A stretch of DNA of 64,000 bases from Malacoraja senta (Eukaryota): assembly GCA_038087875.1 (NCBI GenBank), contig CM075992.1, positions 3,598,001-3,662,000 of the forward strand, in the 5' to 3' direction. The notes below the pieces were generated by a model. It was given only the letters and a program-made list of their open reading frames with translations, searched no databases and had not been told where the DNA came from. This document shows positions 50,826 through 62,751 of this stretch, one piece after another. The first letter of the stretch is position 1. Each line of letters begins with the position of its first letter. Both the position numbers and the translations under genes were made by a program.

Positions 50826-51137
50826 GACGGCACAGTGGCATAGCGGTAGGGGTACTGCCTCACAGTGTCAGAGACCCGGGTTCGATCATGACTACAGGTG
50901 CTTGCCTGTACAGAGTTTGTACATTCTCCCCGCGAACTGAGTGGGTTTTCTCTGAGATCTTCAGTTTCCTCCCACACCCCAAAGTTGTACAGATTTGTAG
51001 GTTAATTGGCTTGGGATAGATGTATAAATGGAAATTTGTCCCCAGTGTATGTAGGATAGTGTTAGTGTGCGGGGATCGTTGGGCGGTGCGGCCTCGGTGG
51101 GCCGAAGGGCCTGTTTCCGCGCTGTATCTCTAAACTG
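50826..51137 (+). mobile_element. HE1-like V-SINE
   Basis: Same consensus. Confidence 0.85.
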
Positions 51138-51188
51138 TAAACGCTAAACAGCAGAAGCTGGTTCACAAAAGAAAAGACACAAAGTGCT

Positions 51189-51733
51189 GGTAGACAAAAA
51201 TGCTGGAGAAACTCAGCAGGTGAGGCAGCATCTATGGAGCGAAGGAAATAGGCAACGTTTTGGGCCGAAACCCTTCTTCAGACTGATGTGAGGGTTGGGG
51301 GGGGGGGGGGGGGGAAGAAGAAAGGAAGAGGTGGAGCCAGAGGGCTGAGGGAGAGCTGAGAAGGGGAGGAGATTCTGAATCCGACCTTTCTGTCCTGGGC
51401 CTCCTCCATGGCCAGAGTGAGGCCCACCGGAAATTGGAGGAGGAGCACCTCATATTTCGCTTGGGCAGTTTACACCCGAGCGGTACGAACATTGACTTCT
51501 CTAATTTCAGGTAGTCCTTACTATCTCCTCCCTTCTCAACTCTCCCTCAGCCCACTGGCTCCACCTCTTCCTTTCTTCTTCCCTCCCCCCCACCCTCACA
51601 TCAGTCTGAAGAAGGGTTTCGGCCTGAACGTTGCCTATTTCCTTCGCTCCATAGATGCTGCCGCACCCGCTGAGTTTCTCCAGCATTTTTGTCTACCTTC
51701 GATTTTACAGCATCTGCAGTTCCTTCTTAAACA
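51189..51733 (+). mobile_element. Penelope-like element 3' end with inverted pseudo-LTR
   Basis: 51374-51514 encodes SESDLSVLGLLHGQSEAHRKLEEEHLIFRLGSLHPSGTNIDFSNFR*. 51189-51370 is an inverted copy of the downstream terminal repeat. Confidence 0.85.
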
Positions 51734-51757
51734 CAAAATGCTGAAGTAACTCAGTGG

Positions 51758-51957
51758 NNNNNNNNNNNNNNNNNNNNNNNNNNNNNNNNNNNNNNNNNNN
51801 NNNNNNNNNNNNNNNNNNNNNNNNNNNNNNNNNNNNNNNNNNNNNNNNNNNNNNNNNNNNNNNNNNNNNNNNNNNNNNNNNNNNNNNNNNNNNNNNNNNN
51901 NNNNNNNNNNNNNNNNNNNNNNNNNNNNNNNNNNNNNNNNNNNNNNNNNNNNNNNNN
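51758..51957. other. Assembly gap (200 N)
   Basis: Run of N. Confidence 1.
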
Positions 51958-52047
51958 ACTAAACTAAACTAAACTAAACTAGACTAGACTAGACTAGACT
52001 AGACTAGACTAGACTAGACTAGACTAGACTGGACTGGACTGGACTGG
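51958..52047. repeat. (ACTAA)-(ACTAG)-(ACTGG) pentamer array
   Basis: Seen directly. Likely an expanded SINE tail. Confidence 0.9.
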
Positions 52048-52739
52048 AACTGAACCAGACAAAGAAATAGCCATTGGTTGATTCATCATGAATGGTAGAA
52101 TGGAGGGAGATCAGCATGTAGGAAGCAGCTGTAGATGCTGATTTACACTGAAGATAGACACAAAATGCTGGAGTAACTCAGCGGGACAGGCAGCATCTCT
52201 GGAGAGAAGGAATGCGTGAGGTTTCGGCTGGAGACCCTTCTTCAGACTCGGATCAATGTGTTACTAACATTTCTTTTTTGTCGGTTATGGGGTGCAGTCG
52301 ACAGCACCGGCCACCCTCCTCATACCTTCAACCTCTTGCCTTGTGGATTCTGGCAACTACCAAACTGTCCAGAACTGCCTAGTCCTGCTCTCCCCTCCTC
52401 CCATGTGTGTTTCAGTAGATTTAAAACCTATGACTAAAACCAGTGCACTTACTTCAGTGCATTGTAGCTGGCTGCTGCACCTTAAGTGTTCCAGAAAATA
52501 ACTGGTGCGTCTTGTAATCTCATACCTGTGACATAACAGGCTGTTTATGTTCAATGATTCCTTTGTTGCTCACCTGTAAATGGCAGGATAAATATAGACT
52601 ATAATGCAAAATGTTGCATAATGGATAATGCCTCCAGCCCCGAATCCTTGAGTTTGAATAGAACATTTTGACGGTGTGCCCTTTCGCAATAGGGCCAGTT
52701 TCAAGAGTCCAGAGAGTTTAATTGTCATGTGTCCCAGAT

Positions 52740-53187
52740 TAGTCGGGGCCCCCTTGGTCATGACTGACCATGGGTGATACATCCTAGTTTGCAGGTGATG
52801 TGTGGTCGGATGCAAGCCTGGGCGATCGATGTCATATGGAGGACAGGCTGTTGCCCATGCAGCACGTCCCCCCTCTCCACGTCGCTGATCGATCCAAAGG
52901 AACAGCAGGGCCGTTACAGTTTGGCACCAGCGCCGTCGCAGGAGCTGCCAGAGCGGGGTTGTAGACAACGACGAACTGCCTTAGGGGCTCTGACCCCGGA
53001 TTTTCTTGAGGTTTACCCCTGGAGCCTTTTCCATGACTGGATATGGCCACAAGGCAGTGGAGGTTTTAAATCGGAGTTTTCCCTCTCCTAGATGGACTGC
53101 CTTCCCAGGCTAACGAGCCCCATCTGCCGGAGACTCGTGGGGGCGGGAGCGTCTACCTTCCCGTGCAGGTCCATAGCACCTGCCCAC
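52740..53187 (-). mobile_element. RTE-like 5' UTR-derived non-autonomous element
   Basis: GC-rich insert that interrupts a Rex1-type tail (GTGTCCCAGAT|AGGACAATG). Motif GTTAGCCTGGGAAGGCA...CTAGGAGAGGGAAAACTC resembles RTE 5' UTRs. Confidence 0.45.
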
Positions 53188-53481
53188 AGATAGGACAATG
53201 CCATTCTTGCTTGCTGCAGCACAACGGAGTATGTAAACATAATACAGAACAGCAGATAAAGGTTCAGTGTGTCCATAGACTATAGACATTGGTTTTTGCC
53301 CAAGGTGACTGTATTTTCCAACTGTGACGTGAGAATTGGGTAGGAAACTCCAACATCAAGGTTGGATGGGAAACTATAGTGTGGGGGTGAAAATGTCCCC
53401 AGGGTGTGAAGTGTCACAGTGTTGTTCCAAATCATTTGTCTTCTCTGTGGGTTTAATGTTTAGGCTATTTTGTACTTTAGG

Positions 53482-53783
53482 CAATAGACAATAGACAATA
53501 GACAATAGGTGCAGGAGTAGGCCATTCGGCCCTTCGAGCCAGCACCGCCATTCAATGTGATCATGGCTGATCATCCCCAATCAGTACCCCGTTCCTGCCT
53601 TCTCCCCATATCCCCTGACTCCGTTATTTTTAAGAGCCCTATCTAGCTCTCTCTTGAAAGCATCCAGAGAACCGGCCTCCACCACCCTCTGAGGCAGAGA
53701 ATTCCACAGACTCACCACTCTCTGTGAGAAAAAGTGTTTCCTCGTCTCCGTTCTAAATGGCTTACTCCTTATTCTTAAACTGT
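53482..53783 (-). mobile_element. CR1 LINE 3' fragment
   Basis: Near-identical to 2010-2303. Confidence 0.9.
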
Positions 53784-53928
53784 ATTATTTTCCTTCCACT
53801 TCACAATTATGCGCCACTTTGTGTTGGTCTATCGCATAAAATCCCAATAAAATACATTTACGTTTGTGGTTGTAACGTGACAAAATGTGGAAAAGTTCAA
53901 GAGGTATGAATACTTTTGCAAGCCACTG
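53784..53928. mobile_element. Tc1-like transposon terminal fragment
   Basis: Ends ...TATGAATACTTTTGCAAGCCACTG followed by TA (reverse complement CAGTGGCTTGCAAAAGTATTCA, a typical Tc1 TIR start). Confidence 0.8.
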
Positions 53929-54304
53929 TATCTGGGATAATTGCTGGGTCCAGAGCTCGTGACTGTGCAACTGTGATAAAAATCATCTTTTCATGTTTTT
54001 TGGCAACTAATCCTTCCCCTCTTCTTTAAGCCAGTTCTTCAGATGACAGGAAAACCTAAGTTGACTCTGGAGGGCAATTTCTTTGGTCGGAGGGTGGTTA
54101 AGCTGTGGAATTCATTGCCACAGACGGCTGTGGAGGCCGTCAATGGATATTTTTAAGATGAAGGAGATTGACGGATTCTTGATCAGTACGGGTGTCAGGG
54201 GTTAATGGGGAGAAGGCAGGAGAATGGGGTTGAGAGGGAAAGATAGATCAGCCATGATTGAATGGCGGAGTGGACTTGATGGGCTTATTCTGCTCCTCGA
54301 ACTG

Positions 54305-54752
54305 AGATTCAAGATTCAAGAGATTCAAGATTCAAGAGAGTTTATTGTCATGTGTCCCAGATAGGACAATGAAATTCTTGCTTTGCTTCAGCACAACAGA
54401 ATATTGTGCTGAAGCATAAATAAATACAGAACAGATCAGCGTGACCATATACTATTGAATATATATACACACACATAAATAACCAGATAAAGTGCAAATT
54501 AAAGTTCCGATTTTTGTTTGAGTTGGGTTTAATAGTCTGATGGCTGTGGGGAAGCAGCTATTCCTGAACCTGGATGTTGCAGTTTCAGGCTCCCGTACCT
54601 TTTACCTGAAGGCAGCGGGGAGATGAGTGTGTGGCCAGGATGGTGTGGGTCCTTGATGATGCTGCCAGCCTTTTAGAGGCAGCCACTGCGATAGATCCCC
54701 TCGATGGTAGGGAGGTCAGAGCCGATGATGGACTGGGTAGTGTTTACAACTT
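54305..54752 (-). mobile_element. Rex1/Babar LINE 3' fragment
   Basis: Homologous to 42515-42996. (TCTTGAA)n tail. Confidence 0.82.
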
Positions 54753-55240
54753 TTACAACTGTTGAATATATGAAGGAATTCATGAACAATGGAAGCTTAA
54801 TTGGATTGCTGGAAGGTAGTCGGAACATTTTGGGGTGCAGTCATTTTTGGTAAAACACTGCTCGGGGAATTGAGGCAGCCCAAACTAGTCCCAAGGCAGT
54901 ACAGATATTTGGCACCATGCGAAGGTATGAGGAAAAGATTACTTAAGATATTAACGGGGGAATATTTTAGGATTTTCATTGCATTCCTCAGCACTTTATT
55001 GAACCAACTGTATTAAAACATCATTCAAAGAGACGTCTGAAGCATTCTTTCACAAATATATTATTGATGTCAGCTGTGTGGGTGAGATTTCCCAATTTGT
55101 GGGCATGTGTTACATTCTTATAGGCACAAGCACACTTCATTTAGTTTAGTTTTAGTTTAGTTTAGATATACAGCGTGGAAACAGGCCCGTGTGTCAGAAG
55201 GAACTGCAAATGCTAGTTCATACCGAAAAAGCTGGAGGAA

Positions 55241-55782
55241 AGCCCCTGTCCCACTTTCACCACCTAATTGGCGACCTCTGCCGAGTTTGCCCTTGACTCA
55301 TACTCGCAGCATGGTCGCCACGAGGTCGTAGGTGGTCTTCGTAACTCTTCCTCATGTTCGTGAGTGGTCTCCGCGTACTCGTGGCCTCAAGTAGGTCGCG
55401 GCGTTTTTTCCAGCCTGATAAAAAATGTCCACGAGTTAAAAAAAGGTCGGCCTGGAAAAAACGGATACTTTTTACTCGTAGGTAGGTCGTAGTAGGCCGT
55501 GATGGTAGTCGTAGATAGTCGTAGATAGTCGTAGGTCGGTAACTGGCCCGAGAAAAAAATGCAAACATGACATCATTTTAGTATATGATCATTTTCCACT
55601 CGTAGCTAGTCGTAGCTGGTCTTAGGTGTGGAAGACTGAGGTCGAGGGGGGTCGTAGGAGGTTGTAGACATAGTTGTAGGAGGTCTTTTACTTCGGCGAG
55701 TCAACACGACCTTGACATTTTTTTCAACTCGTCTAGGGCTTTCTAAACTCGTGGATTAGGTCGTCCATGTGGGACAGGCCCT
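55241..55782. mobile_element. MITE related to family A, opposite orientation
   Basis: TIRs CCTGTCCCAC/GTGGGACAGG. Interrupts GCTGGAG|..CTCAGC of a Penelope terminal unit. Confidence 0.85.
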
Positions 55783-56197
55783 TACTCAGCAGGTCAGGCA
55801 GCATCTCTGGAGGAAACAAATAGGTGATGTTCTGGGTTGGAACTCTTCCTCGGACCGCCTTCGGACTAAAGACTCTGAAGAAGGATTCCGACCTGAAATG
55901 TCACCTATTCCTTTGCTCTGGAGATGCTGCCTGACCTTCAGAAACAGACCCTTCGGCCCATCCAGTCCGCGCTGCTCAGCGATCCCCGTACACTAGTTCC
56001 ATCCCACACATTAGGGACAGTTTACAGAAGCCAATTCTTGATCTACAAACCTGCACGTCTTTGGAGTGTGGGAGGAATCTGGAGCTCCCGGAGAAAACCC
56101 ACGTGGTCACAGGGAGAATATGCTAACAGCCTGGTACAGGACAGGCAGCACCCATAGTCAGGATCAAAGCCAGGTTTCTAGATCTGCAAGGCAGCAG

Positions 56198-56831
56198 AAT
56201 TAAAGGAGAAATGTCAAAAATGGAACCTAATAATGAATTGATTATATTTGGGGTAATGGAAGATGGGAATAAACTGAATCCATCTCAAAAAATATTTTTT
56301 AATTATGGTTTAATAATAGCAAAAAAATTAATATTGAAATTTTGGAAAAATACACCAATACCAACGCTTAAAATGTGGATTGCAAGTATGTTGGACACCG
56401 CACATCTTGAGGAAATGCGATTCCGCCTAATAGATAAATCTGACCAATTCACAACGAGTTGGTCTCCATTTGTCGTCTTTTTGGAATCATGTGGTCACGT
56501 GCAACACAATTGTAAAAGCTAACTCGTGACTGGGCGAGGGATGGTCAAGATTATAAATAAGATCTTCTCACTTCTTTTTTTCTTTCTCTTTCTTTTTCTT
56601 CTTTTATTTTCTTTTTTCTATTTTCTATTTCTTAACTTTCTTCTTTCACTCTCTATTTTCCTTTTCCACACACTATATATCTCACATTTTTCTATTTTTC
56701 ATTATCTAACTTCTTTTTCTTTTTCTCCTTTATTATAAAAATAGGAAGCTGTACATAATATGCATTATGAAAATATGATTGTATACAATTGTACTTCTAA
56801 TAAAAATTAAAAATAGAAAAATAAAAAAAAA
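56198..56831 (+). mobile_element. L1-clade LINE 3' fragment
   Basis: AKKLILKFWK...PTLKMW...F...W.PF ORF2 C-terminus, T-rich UTR, AATAAA and A-rich tail. Confidence 0.82.
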
Positions 56832-57149
56832 GAGGAGAAATTTCTTTAGTCAGTGGGTGGTGAATCTGTGGAATTCATTGCCACAGACGGCTGTGGAGGC
56901 CAAGTCAGTGGTTATTTTTCAGGCAGAGATAGATAGATTCTTGATTAGTACGGGTGTCAGAGATTATGGGGAGAAGGCAGGAGGAGAGATAGATCAGCCA
57001 TAATTCAATGGCGGAGTAGACTTGATGGGCCGAACGGCCTAATTCTACTCCTATTCCTAATGACCTTATAACCTTATGACCTTATGAACTCTACCGCTAC
57101 GCTACTGGTGCGCAGTCTACAGGCATTTTTTTAAATACAGAAACCATTT

Positions 57150-57811
57150 TTAAAAAAAAATTTTTTTTTTAATTTATTAGAAGTACATTACATTACAACC
57201 ACACACATTAGTACTCGTCACTTATATCTTCTTGCAATTAATGTACTCCATTTATTTTTTACACTAGAAAAGGAAAAGATTGAAAGAAAGAAGAAAGTGA
57301 AGGAAAAAGTGAAAGTGTAGAAAATGGGACAACAAAAAAGGACGAAGACCCTATAAGAGCAAAATTAAAAACAAAAGAAAAAGAGTTAAGGAATAGACCC
57401 TTGGAAAGAAAGAGAAAGAGAAAGAGGAAAAAGAGAGAAACAAATATTTTTATGAGCATTACGTAAATGGGACATACCAACTCTTCAACTAGCATCCCCC
57501 CTTACCTGACCTCAGTTTTTTTTTTTTAAAGTACTTTTGCACCCTATATTTGTAATAATTCTATAAATGCAGACCACGTCAGGTGGAAGTGATCTGGTTT
57601 ACCTGCTAGGAGGAGTCTTATCTCTTCTAGGTGTAATGTTTCAAACATATTTGAAATCCACATATTTATAGTTGGTATTGGAGCCTTCTTCCAAAATTTT
57701 AGAATTAGCTTTTTTCCAGTTATTAACCCATAGTCCATTAGTTTCTTTTGAAACACATTTAGTTCTGGACCATCTTCCGTTATTCCGAAGATAATCCATT
57801 CTGCTTTGGGT
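57150..57811 (-). mobile_element. L1-clade LINE 3' fragment with TSD
   Basis: Homologous peptide and poly(A). 15-bp TSD ATACAGAAACCATTT at 57135-57149 and 57812-57826. Confidence 0.88.
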
Positions 57812-57854
57812 ATACAGAAACCATTTAAACAGTTAAAGTGGTTTTAGTAAGTGG

Positions 57855-57978
57855 GAGATCCCACATTCCCTGGTGGACTGAGCGTGTGTTTGGTGAAACG
57901 GTCTCCAAGTCTATGTTTGGTCTCACCGATGTGCAGGAGGCTACATCGGGTCACTGGATGGAGTAGACGACGTTAGAG
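57855..57978 (-). mobile_element. Penelope GIY-YIG fragment
   Basis: Frameshifted NVVYSIQ...LLHIGETKHRLGDRF. Confidence 0.7.
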
Positions 57979-57984
57979 CAGTAA

Positions 57985-58234
57985 AGGGCCTGTCCCACTT
58001 GGCGATTTTTTCGGCGACTGCCGGCATCATTGACTGACGTATCAGGTCGGTGAAAAAATTTGCGGCGGTGGCGCGGCGTGACGCGGCGTGATGGCGTATT
58101 GACGCGCGCTGTTTTTTCAAGTGTCACAACATTTTTTTTGTCGCCGCTGGATTTTGAAATCTTCAAAATCTTTTGGCGACGCTGATATGACGCCGGCAGT
58201 GGCCGAAAAAAATCGCCGAGTGGTATCAGGCCCT
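57985..58234. mobile_element. PIF/Harbinger-type MITE
   Basis: TIR AGGGCCTGTCCCACTTGGCGATTTTTTCGGC. TAA/TTA flanks. Confidence 0.82.
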
Positions 58235-58250
58235 TTAACTGTTTTTCTTA

Positions 58251-58570
58251 AAGCCCTGTCCCACTGTACGAGTTCATTCAAAGAGTTTTCCTGAGTTTGC
58301 CCTGATTCGAACTCGGAGATTTACGGTAATGGCCGCTCGTCGGTACTCGGGGCTCTCGTGGACATTTTTCAACATGTTGAAAAATCTTCACGAGTCTTCC
58401 CGTGCTTACCTGCGTTTCCCGAGTACCTGCCGTTGGCGTTACGAGCTGCTAAGAGACGTCCCCGAGCTCCGACGTACCCGCAACGTTCATTCTACATGCT
58501 TACCACGAGTTTGATTTTTTTTTAAACTCGGGAGAGATCTTGAATTAGCTTGTACAGTGGGACAGGGTCA
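58251..58570. mobile_element. PIF/Harbinger-type MITE (mosaic)
   Basis: TIR CCCTGTCCCACTGTAC. TTA TSD. Confidence 0.88.
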
Positions 58571-59286
58571 TTACCGTTAATCTTCACAGGACTGTTCCAT
58601 TATGGAAACAACTGCAAAACATTAAGACATATCAGGGCCATCTTGAATTGCAGTTATTCATTTAAGTTATATTTAACTTTTTTTTGATACATCTTCCAAA
58701 TCCCGGCCATTAAGATGAAAGCATTTTAGTGCAAGCCTTTCAAACTATATTGCTGCACGCATCATTTTCACACATGTTTCCTCTTCCCAGGAATTTTGTG
58801 TTGCAATCATATTTATTTTTGTAATTGTTTCTTGCAGAATTCGCTTCAATGAATGGGATGATCCAGGTTATTAATTCCAGGGAAATGCTCTGTGTTTAAT
58901 CTTACGTCCCACTGTTCTTTCGTCTCCCTTATCCGAATCAGGATCAGAATTTAGTGGTGCAGCGGTAGAGTTGGTGTCTTGCAGCGCCACTGACCCGGGT
59001 TTGATCCTGGCCACGGGTGCTGTCTGTACGGAGTTTGTACGTTCTCCCCGTGACCTGCGTGGGTTTTCCCCGGGTACTCCGGTTTCCTCCCACACTCCAT
59101 ATACATAGAGATTTGTAGGTTAATTGGCTTTGGTAAAAAATTGTGAAATTCTCCCTAGTACGTAGGATAGTTCTGATTCGGTGGACAGAAAGGCCTGTTT
59201 CCGTGCTGTATCTCTCAAAACTGCGATCTAACATCTAAGACTTTGTAGGATTAATCGCACTAACCTGATTTTGGTATCTATGCCTA

Positions 59287-59797
59287 AGGGGCTGTCCCAC
59301 TTGGGCGACCTTATTGGCGAGTTTAGAAGAGTTTAGGAGAGCTTGGAAAAAGGTCACGTTGAAGACCTCCTTCGACTATGTTGAAGACTAGCTACGACTA
59401 ACTTCGGCAAAATTGGACACCGAATAGTGGAGAGTGAAGACGACCTCCTTCGATCTCCCTTCGACTATGTTGAAGACTATCTACAACTACCTTCGACTAC
59501 CCTCGATTACCTACGACTAACATGCCGACCTACTACGACCTACTTCGATTAAACCTAAGAGTAAAAAAAGTATCGATTTTTTCCATGGCGACCTTTTTTT
59601 ACTCGCGGGCATTTTTTAACATGTTGAAAAATACGCCGCGACCTAGCTGAGGCCTCGAGTACGCGGGGACTACTCTCCAGCATGAAGGAGAGTTACAAAG
59701 ACCTCCTAGGACCTTGTGTCGACCATGCTGCGAGTATGAGTCGAGGGCAAACTCGTCAGAACTCGCGGATTAGGTCGCCGCAGTGGGACAGGCCCCT
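59287..59797. mobile_element. MITE family A
   Basis: Colinear with 12431-12999. Both TIRs present. TAA flank. Confidence 0.9.
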
Positions 59798-59847
59798 TAA
59801 CTGAACTGGCTTTCTAATTTTCAACACATCATCATTATATTTATTAG

Positions 59848-60160
59848 ATAACCATATAACCATATAACAATTACAGGCCATCTCGGCCCTTCTAGTCCAT
59901 GCCGAACACTTATTCTCCCCTAGTCCCATCTACCTGCACTCAGACCATAACCCTCCATTCCTTTCCCGTCCATATACCTATCCAATTTATTTTTAAATTA
60001 TAAAATTGAACCTGCCTCCACCACTTCCACTGGAAGCTCATTCCACACAGCTACCACTCTCTGAGTAAAGAAGTTCCCCCTCATGTTACCCCTAAACTTC
60101 TGTCCCTTAATTCTCAAATCATGTCCTCTTGTTTGAATCTTCCATACTCTCAATGGAAAG
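59848..60160 (-). mobile_element. CR1 LINE 3' fragment
   Basis: Sister of 17428-17770. Confidence 0.88.
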
Positions 60161-60624
60161 ATAGACCTGTCAAATGTTAACCTGCTGACAGGGGTGGTGG
60201 TGGAAGCAGATATGAATATTATTAATGTTTAAGAGACTTTCAGTTAAGCACATGAGTATGCATGGAATAGACAGATGTGGATCATATGTATTCAGAGGGG
60301 ATTAGTTTACCAAGGCTTCCTGGTTGGCATGGACATTCTGGGCCGAAGGGCCTTTTCCTATGTTGTATTGCTCTTGTTTCAATCTTCACCTTGTGTGCTG
60401 TCTACGTGGTGTTGGCACGCTCTCCCTGTGGCCGCGTGGGTTTCCTCCAGGTGCTCTGGTTTCCTCCCACATCCCAAAGACGTGCAGGTTTGTAGGTTAA
60501 TTGGCCCTCTGTGAATTGTGAAAAGTATGAGAAGTGGGATAACATAGAACTAGTGTAGACGGGCTTGCTCGATGGACCGAAGGGCCTGTTGCCATGTTGT
60601 ATCCCTAAACTAAATCAATTAAGT

Positions 60625-60970
60625 AATACGATATGATAGAACTTTATTTATCCCAGGAGGGAAGTTGATCTCCCAACAGTCATAAAACACAACAAGATAC
60701 ATGAAACATGAAATTAAAGTGACGAGTGGAAAGTCCAGGATTGGGATGGGCTAAGATTGGGGAGGGGGGGGTGTGGGGAAGGGGAGTCAGTCTACCCCAT
60801 GACAGAAGGGGGAGGAGTTGTACAGTTTGATAGCCACAGGGAAGAAGGATCTCCTGTGGCGTTCTGTGCTGCATCTTGGTGGGACCAGTCTGTTGCTGAA
60901 GGTGCTCCTCAGGTTGACCAGTGTGTCATGGAGGGGGTGAGGGAGCTGCATTGTCCAGGATGTCCAGGGC
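60625..60970 (-). mobile_element. Rex1/Babar-type LINE 3' fragment
   Basis: HPLHDTL...STFSNRL...RCSTERHRRSFFPVAIKLYN. Confidence 0.75.
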
Positions 60971-61021
60971 ATTGTAATTTAATGCCTTCGGGAAAACTTC
61001 CCAACTGTATTAGTATCCCAA

Positions 61022-62183
61022 CAATAAGAGATTAGTATACAAACTTAAAGCACACGGTATTGGGGGTTCAGTATTGATGTGGATAGAGAACTGGCTGGCA
61101 GACAGGAAGCAAAGAGTAGGAGTAAACGGGTCCTTTTCACAATGGCAGGCAGTGACTAGTGGGGTACCGCAAGGCTCAGTGCTGGGACCCCAGCTATTTA
61201 CAATATATATTAATGATTTGGACGAGGGAATTGAATGCAACATCTCCAAGTTTGCGGATGACACGAAGCTGGGGGGCAGTGTTAGCTGTGAGGAGGATGC
61301 TAGGAGGCTGCAAGATGACTTGGATAGGTTGGGTGAGTGGGCAAATGCATGGCAGATGCAGTATAATGTGGATAAATGTGAGGTTATCCACTTTGGTGGC
61401 AAACACAGGAAAGTAGACTATTACCTGAATGGTGGCCGATTAGGAAAAGGTGAGATGCAACGAGACCTGGGTGTCATGGTACACCAGTCATTGAAAGTAG
61501 GCATGCAGGTGCAGCAGGCAGTGAAGAAAGCGAATGGTATGTTAGCATTCATAGCAAAAGGATTTGAATATAGGAGCAGGGAGGTTCTACTGTAGTTGTA
61601 CAGGGTCTTGGTGAGACCACACCTGGAGTATTGTGTACAGTTTTGGTCTCCTAATCTGAGGAAGGACATTCTTGCCATAGAGGGAGTACAGAGAAGGTTC
61701 ACCAGACTGATTCCTGGGATGCTTCTAATATTGAGGGGGGATCTTATAGAAATCTTATATCATAATAATAGGATCTTATAGAAAAGGGAAGATTGAGGGG
61801 GGATCTTATAGAAACTTACAAAATTCTTAAGGGGTTGGACAGGCTAGATGCAGGAAGATTGTTCCCGATGTTGGGAAAGTCCAGAACAAGGGGTCACAGT
61901 TTAAGGATAAAGGGGAAATCTTTTAGGACTGAGATGAGAAAAAAAAAATTCACACAGAGAGTGGTGAATCTGTGGAATTCTCTGCCACAGAAGGTAGTTG
62001 AGGCCAGTTCATTGGCTATATTTAAGAGGGAGTTAGATGTGGCCCTTGTGGCTAAAGGGATCAGGGGGTATGGAGAGAAGGCAGGTACACGATACTGAGT
62101 TGGATGATCAGCCATGATCATATTGAATGGCGGTGCAGGCTCGAAGGGCCGAATGGCCTGCACCTATTTTCTATGTTTCTATG
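61022..62183 (+). mobile_element. 5'-truncated chimeric CR1 LINE
   Basis: [10 protein letters not shown] and FADD motifs. Stop at 61593. Rearranged patch 61720-61791. Confidence 0.95.
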
Positions 62184-62751
62184 TACGGGAATCTTAAAAT
62201 CAATATTGGAATTAACACATGACTCATGACATTGACATGAATTTTACATCACCATTGTGGAATCCGGTTTCTTCATTTGCTCTTTTAAAGTTAATTGAGG
62301 TAATTATTTCATTTAATCTTGTTATTTGAATTTCACGGCAATTTACATACATACAATAATAACAGACAGTAATAATCAAGGCATAATTGTACAACAGTAT
62401 GTAAGCGATCCTCAAAACCCTTACCCTTACCCACCTTCAACCCACCCAAGTCAGGTCGGAGCCAAACACTCACATACGTACACATCCACACACAAATGGT
62501 AGAATAGACGAAAAAAAATGTGCTATGTAAAAATAAAAATAGAAAAAATAAAAATAAAAAAATATATATATATATACATATATATCTAAATAAACAATTG
62601 TAGGGAGGGGGGGATTAAGGGGAAAGCAGCTGCTGTATAACAAAACGATGATGGAGAACACTCAGTCCTCTTCTGAGTCCGGGAATTGAGGTCATTATTA
62701 TTGATTAAAACACAATTACACTAAAACCAAGGAGAAAAGAATAATAATAAA

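Noticed and set aside
58826..58854. Possible exons after strong acceptors (also 45836, 21741)
   Set aside because: Weak or absent donor sites and no recognisable peptide.
3469..59797. Autonomous Harbinger transposase
   Set aside because: No DDE or Myb-like ORF in the window. All copies are non-coding MITEs.
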